UHGV virus genome: UHGV-0073209
DNA from: a virus
Reading direction: 5' to 3' (one strand)
DNA length: 25,153 bases
Position numbers and translations under genes: made by a program. Shown one piece after another: positions 7,392-15,863 of the stretch (its first letter is position 1; each line of letters opens with the position of its first letter). The notes under the pieces are model-generated. The model was not told where the DNA came from. It saw nothing but the letters and a program-made list of their open reading frames with translations, and ran no database searches.

Positions 7392-9871
7392 CCGCCGCAT
7401 CAACTGCACCTCACATCGCGCAGCCAGCTCGCGCTGACGCCACCCGGTATGATTACGAGTGGCAGAAGCCGAGACCTGCCATTTATGTTGATAAGACTCC
7501 TGCTGTTGATCTGGTTGAACTTGGTCAAGAGAAGGAGTTTTTGGCGTGGGTAAAAGTCACCCTTGCGCCGCTACCTCGCTTTATTCGCCTGCGTCTGGCT
7601 TCCCGCGTCGACAGCATTCACACCATGAAGGGCAGACACATCGCCCGCCTGGCGCTGCGCGATATCATCCGCAGGGATCTGCCGCCTATCAATATGGTTA
7701 ATGAGCAATATGCTATTGCGATGACCGATGAGGCTAAATCTCAGGCCGATACGGCATTTAAGGGGTTAAACCCGCTTTATCACACGTTTAACACCCTGCA
7801 TGGGCTGGTTGAGCGCTTTAATCGCCTGCCGGATTTCACGCCGGAAGATGTCGAGCTGCTGGCGCAGGATATCGCCATCTATATGCGGTCTGTGCTGAGT
7901 GAAGTTCACGAAACTATAGAGACGCAGAGTGATCGCAAATATGCCGGGTACCTTTACACCGAAGCGGCCATCCTCGCGCGGCTTTTCTTCCTGACGCCAC
8001 CGAGCTGGGGAAAGTATTGTCGCGGCGCGTTGTTTATTGACGAAGCTACTACCGGCATCAGCAAGATGCTGGATGATCGCTACTGGCACCGCAACCTGAA
8101 AAAGTACGCCACGCGCTGGCGCGAGCATCTGCACATTGCTTTTGGCGATGTGAAACGGGGTGCTGCACCGTATTGCAGCAAGCACCACGTTGACGAGTGG
8201 GACGCCAGGCGCAAGCGCAGCCGCGCGATCATGGCCCGCCTTGAACTGGAAGACCAGGATACCAAAGAGCGCATTTCACTTATCGAGCAGATCGATAAGA
8301 GCATATCTAACCCGGCGTTGCGCCGCGTTGAACTTATGACCCGTATCGGCGGCTTTGAGAAAGTCGCCACCGAAAGCGGCTACGCGGGTCAGTTTTTTAC
8401 CCTGACAGCGCCATCCAAATACCACGCATATACCGTATTCGGTCATCGTAATGCCAAATGGAACGGCGCCAGCCCAAGATCCACGCAGCGCTACCTTAAT
8501 CGGGTATGGCAGAAAATCCGCGCAGAGCTGGCCCGCCGCGAAATCCCGGTTTTTGGTCTGCGCGTGGCCGAGTCTCACCACGACGGTACGCCGCACTGGC
8601 ATGGCCTGCTGTTCTCTTTGCCGGAACATTCCGCCGAGCTACTGGAAGTGATGGAAGACTACGCCACCCGCGAGGACGCGGAAGAGTTACAGGGTAAGCA
8701 TGGCAACCAGCCGCGCTTTGACATGAAGCCTATCGATCATGAAATCGGCAGCGCCACCGGCTACGTGGTGAAGTACATCAGTAAGAATATTGATGGCTAT
8801 GCGCTCGATGGTGAAACTGACGACGAGAGCGGCCGGCCACTCAAAGAAACATCTAAACATGCTACTGCCTGGGCTTCATGCTGGGGTATCCGTCAGTTTC
8901 AGTTTTTAGGCGGCGCGCCGGTGTCTGTCTGGCGCGAGTTGCGCCGGTTCCGCAATCAGGAGCAGGCCGACAAGATAAACCCACTGTTTGCCGAGCTACA
9001 CCGCGCGGCCGATGCTGGCGACTGGCAGCAATACACTCAATTACAGGGGGGCGCACTGGTTGCCCGCCGCGATCTGCCGCTGCGTATCTGGTACCAGCAG
9101 AAAGACGAGCCGAATGATTACGGTGAATATCGCGACCTCATCAAAGGCCTGATGATGCCAGCCGTTCAGATCCCCCCCATTGAAACCCGCCTGCATTCCT
9201 ACTCAATCGTAAGGAAGAAACCGGAGGTTTTAGACGACTCCGGGCAGGCAGTTGACTTTGATTTTGACCTTCCGGGCGCGTCTGCGCCCTCTAGGACTCG
9301 TGTCAATAACTGTACCGAGGTTAAAAAACGAACAAATCAGCCCCCCGGATCACCGCCATTAATGACAGTGCCAGCTGAGCGGGAAGAGCCTGAACAGTTC
9401 GAGATCGGTCAGTTAACACGCGAACAGCGAAAACAGGCGTTTGAAAGCATCCATAACCACAAACCGCAGCGGCATAAATCCCCCGCCGATGAGTTTGAGG
9501 CGCTGGCGTACAGCATTACCGTCGGCGACTGTACAGAATTTGACACCCGCAGGGCAGAAAGTTATCTCAAGGCCGCCCAGGAGATTAGGCGGAGAGAACA
9601 GGTTTTATCACCGGAAATCGCCGGACTGGCGGGCTTAGTTCAGTCATGGGCGAAAGTGAAGAAGGTGCTGATCAGTAAACCGCAGGCTATACAGCTGGCG
9701 CGCGGTAATGAAGTGACGGTGCTGGATACGGTATATCGAGCGCATCCGGTTACGGGTGAGTTGATCATTGCAGGCGTTGATAAACCGTGGCGCAAAACTC
9801 TTGCAGATCATAAGGCCGGCGAGCTAGCGGCTCGCTGGAAGAAGGCAGCTAAACGGAAAAATGAGAGGTAA
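7388..9871 (+). CDS. A: Rolling-circle replication initiator (P2 gpA-like, HUH endonuclease)
   Basis: 827 aa. HUH-type motif TPHWHGLLF and paired catalytic tyrosines in GYVVKYISKN. The start overlaps the methylase stop (ATGA). Confidence 0.9.
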   Translation: MTAASTAPHIAQPARADATRYDYEWQKPRPAIYVDKTPAVDLVELGQEKEFLAWVKVTLAPLPRFIRLRLASRVDSIHTMKGRHIARLALRDIIRRDLPPINMVNEQYAIAMTDEAKSQADTAFKGLNPLYHTFNTLHGLVERFNRLPDFTPEDVELLAQDIAIYMRSVLSEVHETIETQSDRKYAGYLYTEAAILARLFFLTPPSWGKYCRGALFIDEATTGISKMLDDRYWHRNLKKYATRWREHLHIAFGDVKRGAAPYCSKHHVDEWDARRKRSRAIMARLELEDQDTKERISLIEQIDKSISNPALRRVELMTRIGGFEKVATESGYAGQFFTLTAPSKYHAYTVFGHRNAKWNGASPRSTQRYLNRVWQKIRAELARREIPVFGLRVAESHHDGTPHWHGLLFSLPEHSAELLEVMEDYATREDAEELQGKHGNQPRFDMKPIDHEIGSATGYVVKYISKNIDGYALDGETDDESGRPLKETSKHATAWASCWGIRQFQFLGGAPVSVWRELRRFRNQEQADKINPLFAELHRAADAGDWQQYTQLQGGALVARRDLPLRIWYQQKDEPNDYGEYRDLIKGLMMPAVQIPPIETRLHSYSIVRKKPEVLDDSGQAVDFDFDLPGASAPSRTRVNNCTEVKKRTNQPPGSPPLMTVPAEREEPEQFEIGQLTREQRKQAFESIHNHKPQRHKSPADEFEALAYSITVGDCTEFDTRRAESYLKAAQEIRRREQVLSPEIAGLAGLVQSWAKVKKVLISKPQAIQLARGNEVTVLDTVYRAHPVTGELIIAGVDKPWRKTLADHKAGELAARWKKAAKRKNER

Positions 9872-9873
9872 AC

Positions 9874-10431
9874 ATGAAGCATTTCAGCACTAAAGCAATC
9901 AGATCAGTTATCGCCGAAATGAACCGGCAGGACGAGAAATGGGGAGCTGACCGCGATCAACATCCGTTCGTCTGGCAAACCATTCTTAGCGGAGAGGTCG
10001 GCGAATTCAGCCAGGCAATTTTACATGATGAATTTGGAGGCCATAAATCAGGAACGGCACGCGAAGAGATGGTGCAGATCGCCGCCGTCGCTCTCCAGAT
10101 TATCGAATATTACGATCGCCGCTGCGCGCCTGCGGCGGAATCTGAACAAGTTCACCCGGCGCTCGCCATGCCGGCCATCCCGGCGGGGCGTGAAAAAATC
10201 GGCGGCTGCGACTGGCTGGACTGGAATCAGCTGTCAGCGCTCGGTCTTATTGTCCGCATTAACGCAGAAATTCTTCACCCGCTTGGACTGGCAATTTTCC
10301 GTGATCCGGCTTCCGGCATCTCAGCGGGGGCCATGATTTCGCCAGATGGTAAATGGGAGTATGCGCCTGATGTTATTGATGGGCTGCGGGTAAGACTCTC
10401 CGATCACTCAGGAAAGCACGGTCACTTTTGA
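9874..10431 (+). CDS. Hypothetical protein (185 aa); N-terminus possibly a MazG-like all-alpha NTP pyrophosphohydrolase fold
   Basis: Starts 2 nt after the gpA stop with GAGAGG upstream. MNRQDEKWGADRDQHPFVWQTILSGEVGEFSQAI resembles the MazG-like EExxE helix pattern; this call is tentative. Confidence 0.65.
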   Translation: MKHFSTKAIRSVIAEMNRQDEKWGADRDQHPFVWQTILSGEVGEFSQAILHDEFGGHKSGTAREEMVQIAAVALQIIEYYDRRCAPAAESEQVHPALAMPAIPAGREKIGGCDWLDWNQLSALGLIVRINAEILHPLGLAIFRDPASGISAGAMISPDGKWEYAPDVIDGLRVRLSDHSGKHGHF

Positions 10432-10452
10432 CCGTGCTGGCCATTCTATCGA

Positions 10453-10491
10453 GCACCGCCATTTTTGGCGGTGCTGCAGGTGTTATTTTTT
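10453..10491 (+). terminator. Possible hairpin / weak intrinsic terminator between the 185-aa ORF and the second methylase
   Basis: 8-bp stem GCACCGCC/GGCGGTGC (10453-10460 and 10467-10474) with loop ATTTTT, then a T6 run at 10486-10491. The T-tract is displaced from the stem, so non-canonical. Confidence 0.3.
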
Positions 10492-10507
10492 GGGGAGCGA
10501 GAAGGCT

Positions 10508-11203
10508 ATGAGTTATCTGGGAAGCAAAGCGGCCAGCGGTGTTTATCAAAAAATCATCGCTGAAATGCCGCCGCACGATACCTACATTGAAACGCATTTA
10601 GGCGGCGGCGCGATCATGCTGCGCAAACCTCCGGCAAAAGTGAATTGGGGGATCGATATCGACCCGCAAACCATCGAGGCGTTTAACCAGAGCAACCCTG
10701 ATTTTCTGGATAGGATGGCGGACACCCTATTTATTGATGTTGGGGATGCCGTCGAGTTCTTGTGTTGTTTCGATTACGCCTCCGCCGGCCGCGTCTTAAT
10801 TTATTCTGATCCGCCTTATCTCCATGAAACGCGCTCCAGCTCCGCGCGCTATCGGCATGAGTACACCGTTGGTGATCATTACCGCCTGCTGGGATTACTC
10901 TGCTCGATGCCGGAAAACGTGAGCGTAATCGTATCGGGGTATCCTTCTTCGGTTTATGACAACGCCCTGCCGCGCTGGCGCAGCAAGGAGTTTCAGGCCA
11001 TGACGCGCGGCGGCGTTCGTACAGAGAAAATCTGGATGAACTACCCGGAAGGCCGGGCGTATTCGCACGCGTTCGCCGGTAAAGACTACAACGATCGCTA
11101 TCGGATTAAACGAAAAGCGCAGAGATGGAAGGAAAAATTTGCAGCGTTACCACCCGCCGAGAGGTTGGCGATCATGGTGGCGCTTGGTGAGGTCGAAATT
11201 TGA
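10508..11203 (+). CDS. Second N6-adenine DNA methyltransferase, Dam/D12-class, small phage type
   Basis: N-terminal YLGSKAASGV...IETHLGGGAIML and LIYSDPPYLHETR (DPPY motif). Start placed at ATG 10508; the track ORF starts at an upstream alternative codon (10490). Confidence 0.8.
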   Translation: MSYLGSKAASGVYQKIIAEMPPHDTYIETHLGGGAIMLRKPPAKVNWGIDIDPQTIEAFNQSNPDFLDRMADTLFIDVGDAVEFLCCFDYASAGRVLIYSDPPYLHETRSSSARYRHEYTVGDHYRLLGLLCSMPENVSVIVSGYPSSVYDNALPRWRSKEFQAMTRGGVRTEKIWMNYPEGRAYSHAFAGKDYNDRYRIKRKAQRWKEKFAALPPAERLAIMVALGEVEI

Positions 11204-11321
11204 TTACGTTATTTAATGGAAGAATGATTGTTGTGTGGTTGATGTTTGCCACTAGTATTGCTATTGTCTATTCATTGTTTGATGCTTGTTTGAGTCTAAA
11301 TAGAAATCTAATGGTGAAAAT

Positions 11322-11675
11322 ATGTTAAATAATCAGGATTATGCTTTCATTAACAATACAGTAAATTCAATTAAATCAACAATGATCAGCCTTGCTAGTG
11401 AGTACGGCCCTGATTATTGTTCAGATTTTCTGATTACGTTCGAATCAATTAAAAACAATACGAGTCGGCTACGACTAACGGATGTGACCATTAACGAATA
11501 CATATCGCTTATTCGTGGTCATAACATGAACGTTCAGAGCCATCCACAAGGATTGCTGGTACAAGCTCACGTTAGCTCGATTTTGCTGGCTCCGAATGAT
11601 GCTGTGGCCCTATCGAATTCTCTCCAGATGTTTCGTGGCCGCGCAGCCCTCAACGGCGATTACGAGAACATCTAA
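11322..11675 (+). CDS. Hypothetical protein (117 aa) encoded in an AT-rich island
   Basis: A 117-codon ORF in DNA of roughly one-third GC, where chance ORFs are unlikely. GGTGA Shine-Dalgarno-like upstream; AT-rich 118-bp upstream region. No recognisable domain. Confidence 0.6.
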   Translation: MLNNQDYAFINNTVNSIKSTMISLASEYGPDYCSDFLITFESIKNNTSRLRLTDVTINEYISLIRGHNMNVQSHPQGLLVQAHVSSILLAPNDAVALSNSLQMFRGRAALNGDYENI

Positions 11676-11708
11676 GCACGAAACGAAATGGTTTTCTATC
11701 GCGCAAAC

Positions 11709-11728
11709 TTGCACAAATTTGCACAATT
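11709..11728. promoter_or_regulatory. Tandem direct repeat TTGCACAA(A/T)T x2 near cos; possible terminase or regulator binding site
   Basis: TTGCACAAAT then TTGCACAATT, adjacent, in the non-coding block between the cargo region and portal gene. Confidence 0.3.
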
Positions 11729-11820
11729 TTTGAAACGATGTTTTTGCTATGCAGCGCCAGCACTGGCGGGGCATGGGCAGTCTGCGCAGAGTGCACAAAA
11801 AGAGGCATGTTTAGCGCGCA

Positions 11821-11840
11821 GGCGAGGCGGGGGAGCAAGC
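11821..11840. other. Putative cos site (cohesive-end region)
   Basis: GGCGAGGCGGGGGAGCAAGC; its first 12 nt match the P2 cohesive-end sequence as I recall it (GGCGAGGCGGGG...). Flanked by GCGCGC on both sides and located between the hotspot and Q, where cos lies in P2. Confidence 0.5.
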
Positions 11841-12074
11841 GCGCGCTTTGGGGGTAGGGAAGGGGTCGGTATACCTCGCCAAAAGCTGCCTGCCGGGCGC
11901 GCACTTTCGCGGTGCATCCGGCGAGCGCGTAGGAAAAAGCCCGCCAGAGTGGCGCTGGCTGCGTCTGGTTGGTGATATGACATTGAAGTGTTGCAGGTTG
12001 GCCGACATGGCCAGGAATGGTGATGCTGCAGGTCGGTACTGCACCGCCGGGAATGGCAGTGCGGTACCTTCAGA

Positions 12075-13127
12075 TCACTTCGGGGTTTCCAGCAGGGCGT
12101 AAGGGTTGAAGCGGATCACCTCTTCACCGAGCCAGTCGTTAACATGCTTCATCGCTTCCATGACCGGTGTCAGTTCGTTGACCGCGAATACCCTGGCTGC
12201 CTTCTCGACGTCGCCGAATGATCCGTTGCCTTCAGGTATGGCGCCCATCAGTTGCGGCGGCACGCGGTGAGCCGCAAGCATGTCGTCACGCGTGGAGGAC
12301 TTCACACCCACAAACTCATCCTTTGCCGATATCTGGCTGAAGGGCAGGATCTGCACGGCATCTTTGCCGACACCGGGCGCACTCAGCAGGATGTTTTTAA
12401 ATGCCCCGCCGCGCCGGGTATCGGTCAATGTCTTCTTCAGGTTCTCCAGGCTTTCCCCGTCAGCCACTGCGCTGCTGACGTAGACAATACAGCCGGCATG
12501 CGACCCGTTGTCGTAGTAGAGCTTGCGGAACTTGTCGGCGGAGTGCGCCAGGTTCGCCGACAGCAGGCCGGCGAAATACTCCGGCATGCCGTAGATCTCC
12601 TGGTGAATATCCGGGTTGATCACATGGCACACCGAACCGGTTTCGAACGGGTGGTCATCAAGGCCAGACTGAATAAACCAGTAGGTGTCTAGGTCGGAAC
12701 CGCGCCGGGTGTACTTCGCCAGCGAGTTACGAAAGCCCATTGGCCCATTCAGGCGGTTGCGCCGCATCTCAAGGTACGCATTGCCGAACACAAACCAGTC
12801 GAGCGCAAAGGCGCTGAACGCCTGGCGCGATAACAGTTTGTGCGGGATAAAGCATCCGGCCAGCACGTTACGCTTGAAGAACAGCGCCGACTGGTGCCAG
12901 CTCGCATAGCCGAACTGGCGGGCCAGTCCGTACCAGCTGATCGGCGTCTCGTAGTACCGGCCATTATTGGCGCAGTACATGTTATCCAGCAGGTCATGAG
13001 CACCGGTCACCGGCCACGGGCCGTCGAACGTGAACGCGCTCAGGCCGGGGGCCGACTTCAGCGCGTCGGCGAGGTCGGCTTGCTCTCTGGCATACTGCCT
13101 GCCGCGCGGGGATTTTCGTCTGCTCAT
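12075..13127 (-). CDS. Q: Portal protein (P2 gpQ-like)
   Basis: 350-aa ORF divergent from the capsid operon. Its start overlaps the terminase stop (ATGA at 13125-13129), the Q-P arrangement of P2. Confidence 0.88.
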   Translation of the reverse strand: MSRRKSPRGRQYAREQADLADALKSAPGLSAFTFDGPWPVTGAHDLLDNMYCANNGRYYETPISWYGLARQFGYASWHQSALFFKRNVLAGCFIPHKLLSRQAFSAFALDWFVFGNAYLEMRRNRLNGPMGFRNSLAKYTRRGSDLDTYWFIQSGLDDHPFETGSVCHVINPDIHQEIYGMPEYFAGLLSANLAHSADKFRKLYYDNGSHAGCIVYVSSAVADGESLENLKKTLTDTRRGGAFKNILLSAPGVGKDAVQILPFSQISAKDEFVGVKSSTRDDMLAAHRVPPQLMGAIPEGNGSFGDVEKAARVFAVNELTPVMEAMKHVNDWLGEEVIRFNPYALLETPK

Positions 13128-14848
13128 CAGTACTCCATAACAGTCATAGTGTTTCCGCCTTCCTGACCCAGCGGCTCGTTAACGGTGGCGAGCATGGTCG
13201 CCCAGGCGAGATCGCCGTGACTCACGCCCCGGGCGCGGTCGGTGTCGTAGGTGATGACGCCGCCGGGCGTGACCACCTTGCGCACGGCACAGAAAGCGGT
13301 GATGAGGTCGTATTCGCCGCGGTCATACTCCCAGCGGCCAGCGCGGATCAGTTGCAGCATTTTCAGTACCAGCATGCGCTTGCTGGCTGGCGAGAACTGG
13401 TAGCACACCGCCGCAGGGAAACGCTTCCTCACGAGCTGATAAACCGCCTCACCAATGCCGCTGCCGTCGATACCGATGTGTTGCACGTTGTAGCGTGTGA
13501 GCATGTTAATAATCATGGCGGCCTGCGCCTCAAACTCCATGCCGCGTACGCGAATGGTTTCAATCGTGCGGAACTTGCCGCTGGGGATCAGTGGCGCCGC
13601 GTTAACAGAGATGGCCCCGCTGTCGCCTTTGCCGCTGGAGCCGTTGGGGTCGTAGCCAATCCACACCGGGCGATCGGCCATTGGTCGCATGGCGTAAGGT
13701 TTCCAGTCCGGCCACTCGTCGTAACCGTCTGCGCCGCAGCTCAGCAGCATGTTGTAGTCAAAGGCGGTCTCACCGTTCTTGATGAAGGTGCAGGCGTAGA
13801 GGTTGTCATACTCTTCCGGGCTGTTTTCTTCGCGGATTTCGTCAATGTCAGTCAGATCCCAGCCGTTATCGACCGCATCCTGCAACGTGACGATCTGGCG
13901 CCAGATTTTGTCCGGGCACATCAGCCCGCTGTTAAGCGTCTTCCAGGACGTGTCGAACTCCACGCGCTTACCGTGGCTGCGGCCTTTGTTGAAGGCTTCA
14001 CCAGACCAGAAGGGGTACGCTTCGTGACTCTCTGCCGATGGCGTGGAGAAGTAGGTGCGCGTCAGTCCTTTCAGCGTCGCCATCGCACCAGCCACTTTCT
14101 TCAGGTTGGCAAACTGCCCGACCCAGAAAAATTCGTCAAAGTACAGGTTGCCGGTGTATGACTGCGCGGTTGCGGCTGACGTGCCGAGAAAGTGCAGCTC
14201 CGCGCCGTTGAACAGCTGGATCATGTCACCGCCCTTTAGCTCAACATCAACTTCAGCAGCAGCGGCACGAATGAAGCTGCGGAACTGGTACGCCTGACGA
14301 CGACTCGCCGACAGGAAGATCTGGTTGAGCTGGTGCTTGTATTTCACGTCACCCGTTAGCGCACGCAGCAGCGCCTCGCGGGCAAAGTACCAGGTCGCGC
14401 CGACCTGCCGGCTCTTCAGAATGGCCCGGTTACGGTGATGAAGGTTTTCATACCAGGTTTTTTGGTGCCAGTGCAGTGAGTCGATGATGCTGGCACGCAG
14501 CGCGGAGATCTGCGCCTCTGAAAAGAAGTTTTGTTTCTTGCGGATCTTCTTCTTCGGCTGCGTCACTGGCGTGCCGTTATCCAGCTTTTTGAGCTGTCGG
14601 GTCAGCAGGTCAATTTCCTTGAAGTCGCCCCCGGTCTTTGTGTCCTTACTGGTGAGCTGGATCAGTCGTGCATCAATGGACGTCGTGACGCGCTGAACTG
14701 GCGGCGTGCTGTCCCATTCGTCACGTTTTTTCCATGAGTAAATCGTATTCTGATTGATACCCATCAGGCGCGCGATTTCCGCCGGGGGGTACCCCTGCCA
14801 GTAGAGCTGCCGTGCCCGCAGCATGATGAATGCTTCTTCAGTCGCCAT
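13127..14848 (-). CDS. P: Terminase large (ATPase) subunit (P2 gpP-like)
   Basis: Start placed at the ATG at 14846-14848 with GGAGGA upstream, giving MATEEAFIMLRARQLYWQGYPPAEIARLMGINQNTIYSWKKRDEWD, a typical gpP N-terminus. The track ORF extends to 14920. Confidence 0.88.
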   Translation of the reverse strand: MATEEAFIMLRARQLYWQGYPPAEIARLMGINQNTIYSWKKRDEWDSTPPVQRVTTSIDARLIQLTSKDTKTGGDFKEIDLLTRQLKKLDNGTPVTQPKKKIRKKQNFFSEAQISALRASIIDSLHWHQKTWYENLHHRNRAILKSRQVGATWYFAREALLRALTGDVKYKHQLNQIFLSASRRQAYQFRSFIRAAAAEVDVELKGGDMIQLFNGAELHFLGTSAATAQSYTGNLYFDEFFWVGQFANLKKVAGAMATLKGLTRTYFSTPSAESHEAYPFWSGEAFNKGRSHGKRVEFDTSWKTLNSGLMCPDKIWRQIVTLQDAVDNGWDLTDIDEIREENSPEEYDNLYACTFIKNGETAFDYNMLLSCGADGYDEWPDWKPYAMRPMADRPVWIGYDPNGSSGKGDSGAISVNAAPLIPSGKFRTIETIRVRGMEFEAQAAMIINMLTRYNVQHIGIDGSGIGEAVYQLVRKRFPAAVCYQFSPASKRMLVLKMLQLIRAGRWEYDRGEYDLITAFCAVRKVVTPGGVITYDTDRARGVSHGDLAWATMLATVNEPLGQEGGNTMTVMEY

Positions 14849-15005
14849 TTGTCCTCCTCGCTTCCTGCCGGGGAGATTAACCCGCGCGCGCGTGCCCTTT
14901 CGCCCGCTTTTGGTTGTCACAGTTCCCTCACAACAACAACGCGTTGAGCGCGTGCGGCACCGCCTGCCATCATCACCGGGAACTCAACCAGATGAGCAAA
15001 AGAAC

Positions 15006-15839
15006 ATGGCTAATCAGGCAACCACCCGCAAGAAATTTAAGGTCATGACGTCCGGAACAACGGTCGATGGCCGCAATGTCACCCGCGCACAGCTTCATGC
15101 GATGGCGGCAGCGTACAACCCGGCAGTCTATGGCGCGCGCGTCAACATTGAGCACTATCTTTCCCCGTTCCCTGACAGTGTATTTAGCGCTATGGGGGAT
15201 GTTGTTGCACTGTCCGCTGAGGATATCAACGAAGGCCCACTGACCGGGGAGGCGCATCTCTTTGCAGAGATTGAGCCCACTCAACGCATGAAGGACATGC
15301 TGGCCGACGGCAAGAAGGTCTATTCCAGCACCGAAATACACCCCAGCTTCCCACTGACGAAAGGCCCGTACCTTATGGGGCTGGCGATGACCGACACCCC
15401 GGCAAGCCTGGGTACCGATAAGCTGAAATTCACCGCTGAAAAGCGCGCCGAGATCATGCGTTTCAGTTCGCAGGATGCAGAAGTCACCTTGTTTACCGCT
15501 TCTTTTGAGGCCGAACTGATGCAGGAAAATCAGAACCGTAATGATTCAGGTAAGGAATGGTTCTCCCGCGTGATGGGCATTCTCGGCAAGGGTCAGAAAA
15601 CCGACGATCAGCGTTTTAGCCAGGTGCATCAGGCTGTTGAGGTCGTGGCGCAGTCTCAGGTTGATCTTGGCGAGCAGTTCAGCACCTCCGAACAGGAGCG
15701 CCAGCAGGACAAGGCCGCCATTCAGAAGCTGACCACTGACCTTGCCGCACTGCGCCAGCAGCTTGAAGGGACGGACGGCAACTTCAGCCAGCGCCAGCCA
15801 GCGAACGGCGGCGCTAACGCGCAGCTCGCTGACTACTGA
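15006..15839 (+). CDS. O: Capsid scaffolding protein (P2 gpO-like)
   Basis: MANQATTRKKFKVMTSGTTVDGRNVTRAQLHAMAAAYNPAVYGARVNIEH parallels P2 gpO (MAKKVSKFFRIGVEGDTCDGRVISAQDIQEMAETFDPRVYGCRINLEH). The track start at 14823 is an artefactual extension. Confidence 0.88.
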   Translation: MANQATTRKKFKVMTSGTTVDGRNVTRAQLHAMAAAYNPAVYGARVNIEHYLSPFPDSVFSAMGDVVALSAEDINEGPLTGEAHLFAEIEPTQRMKDMLADGKKVYSSTEIHPSFPLTKGPYLMGLAMTDTPASLGTDKLKFTAEKRAEIMRFSSQDAEVTLFTASFEAELMQENQNRNDSGKEWFSRVMGILGKGQKTDDQRFSQVHQAVEVVAQSQVDLGEQFSTSEQERQQDKAAIQKLTTDLAALRQQLEGTDGNFSQRQPANGGANAQLADY

Positions 15840-15863
15840 TATCCATAACGAGAGAACCCGCAC

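Noticed and set aside
2659-11444. Recurrence of the word TGATTACGTT(CG) at 2659, 11204 and 11433
   Set aside because: By rough estimate, several exact 10-12-mer repeats are expected by chance in a 25-kb window; without longer shared context this is not evidence of a shared operator.
11688-12102. Several overlapping 77-95-aa ORFs on both strands in the cos region
   Set aside because: Mutually overlapping in many frames, extremely Arg/Ala/Gly-rich, no ribosome-binding sites; the region is better explained as the non-coding cos/packaging block.
13217-14161. 314-aa plus-strand ORF antisense to the terminase large subunit gene
   Set aside because: Lies wholly inside a strongly supported conserved gene on the other strand; the translation is Ala/Arg/Gly/Val-rich low-complexity sequence typical of antisense GC-rich DNA.
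14823-15005. Upstream extension of the scaffold ORF (track start 14823)
   Set aside because: The gpO-like sequence begins at MANQ (ATG 15006); the extension overlaps the divergent terminase gene start and encodes Pro/Arg-rich junk.
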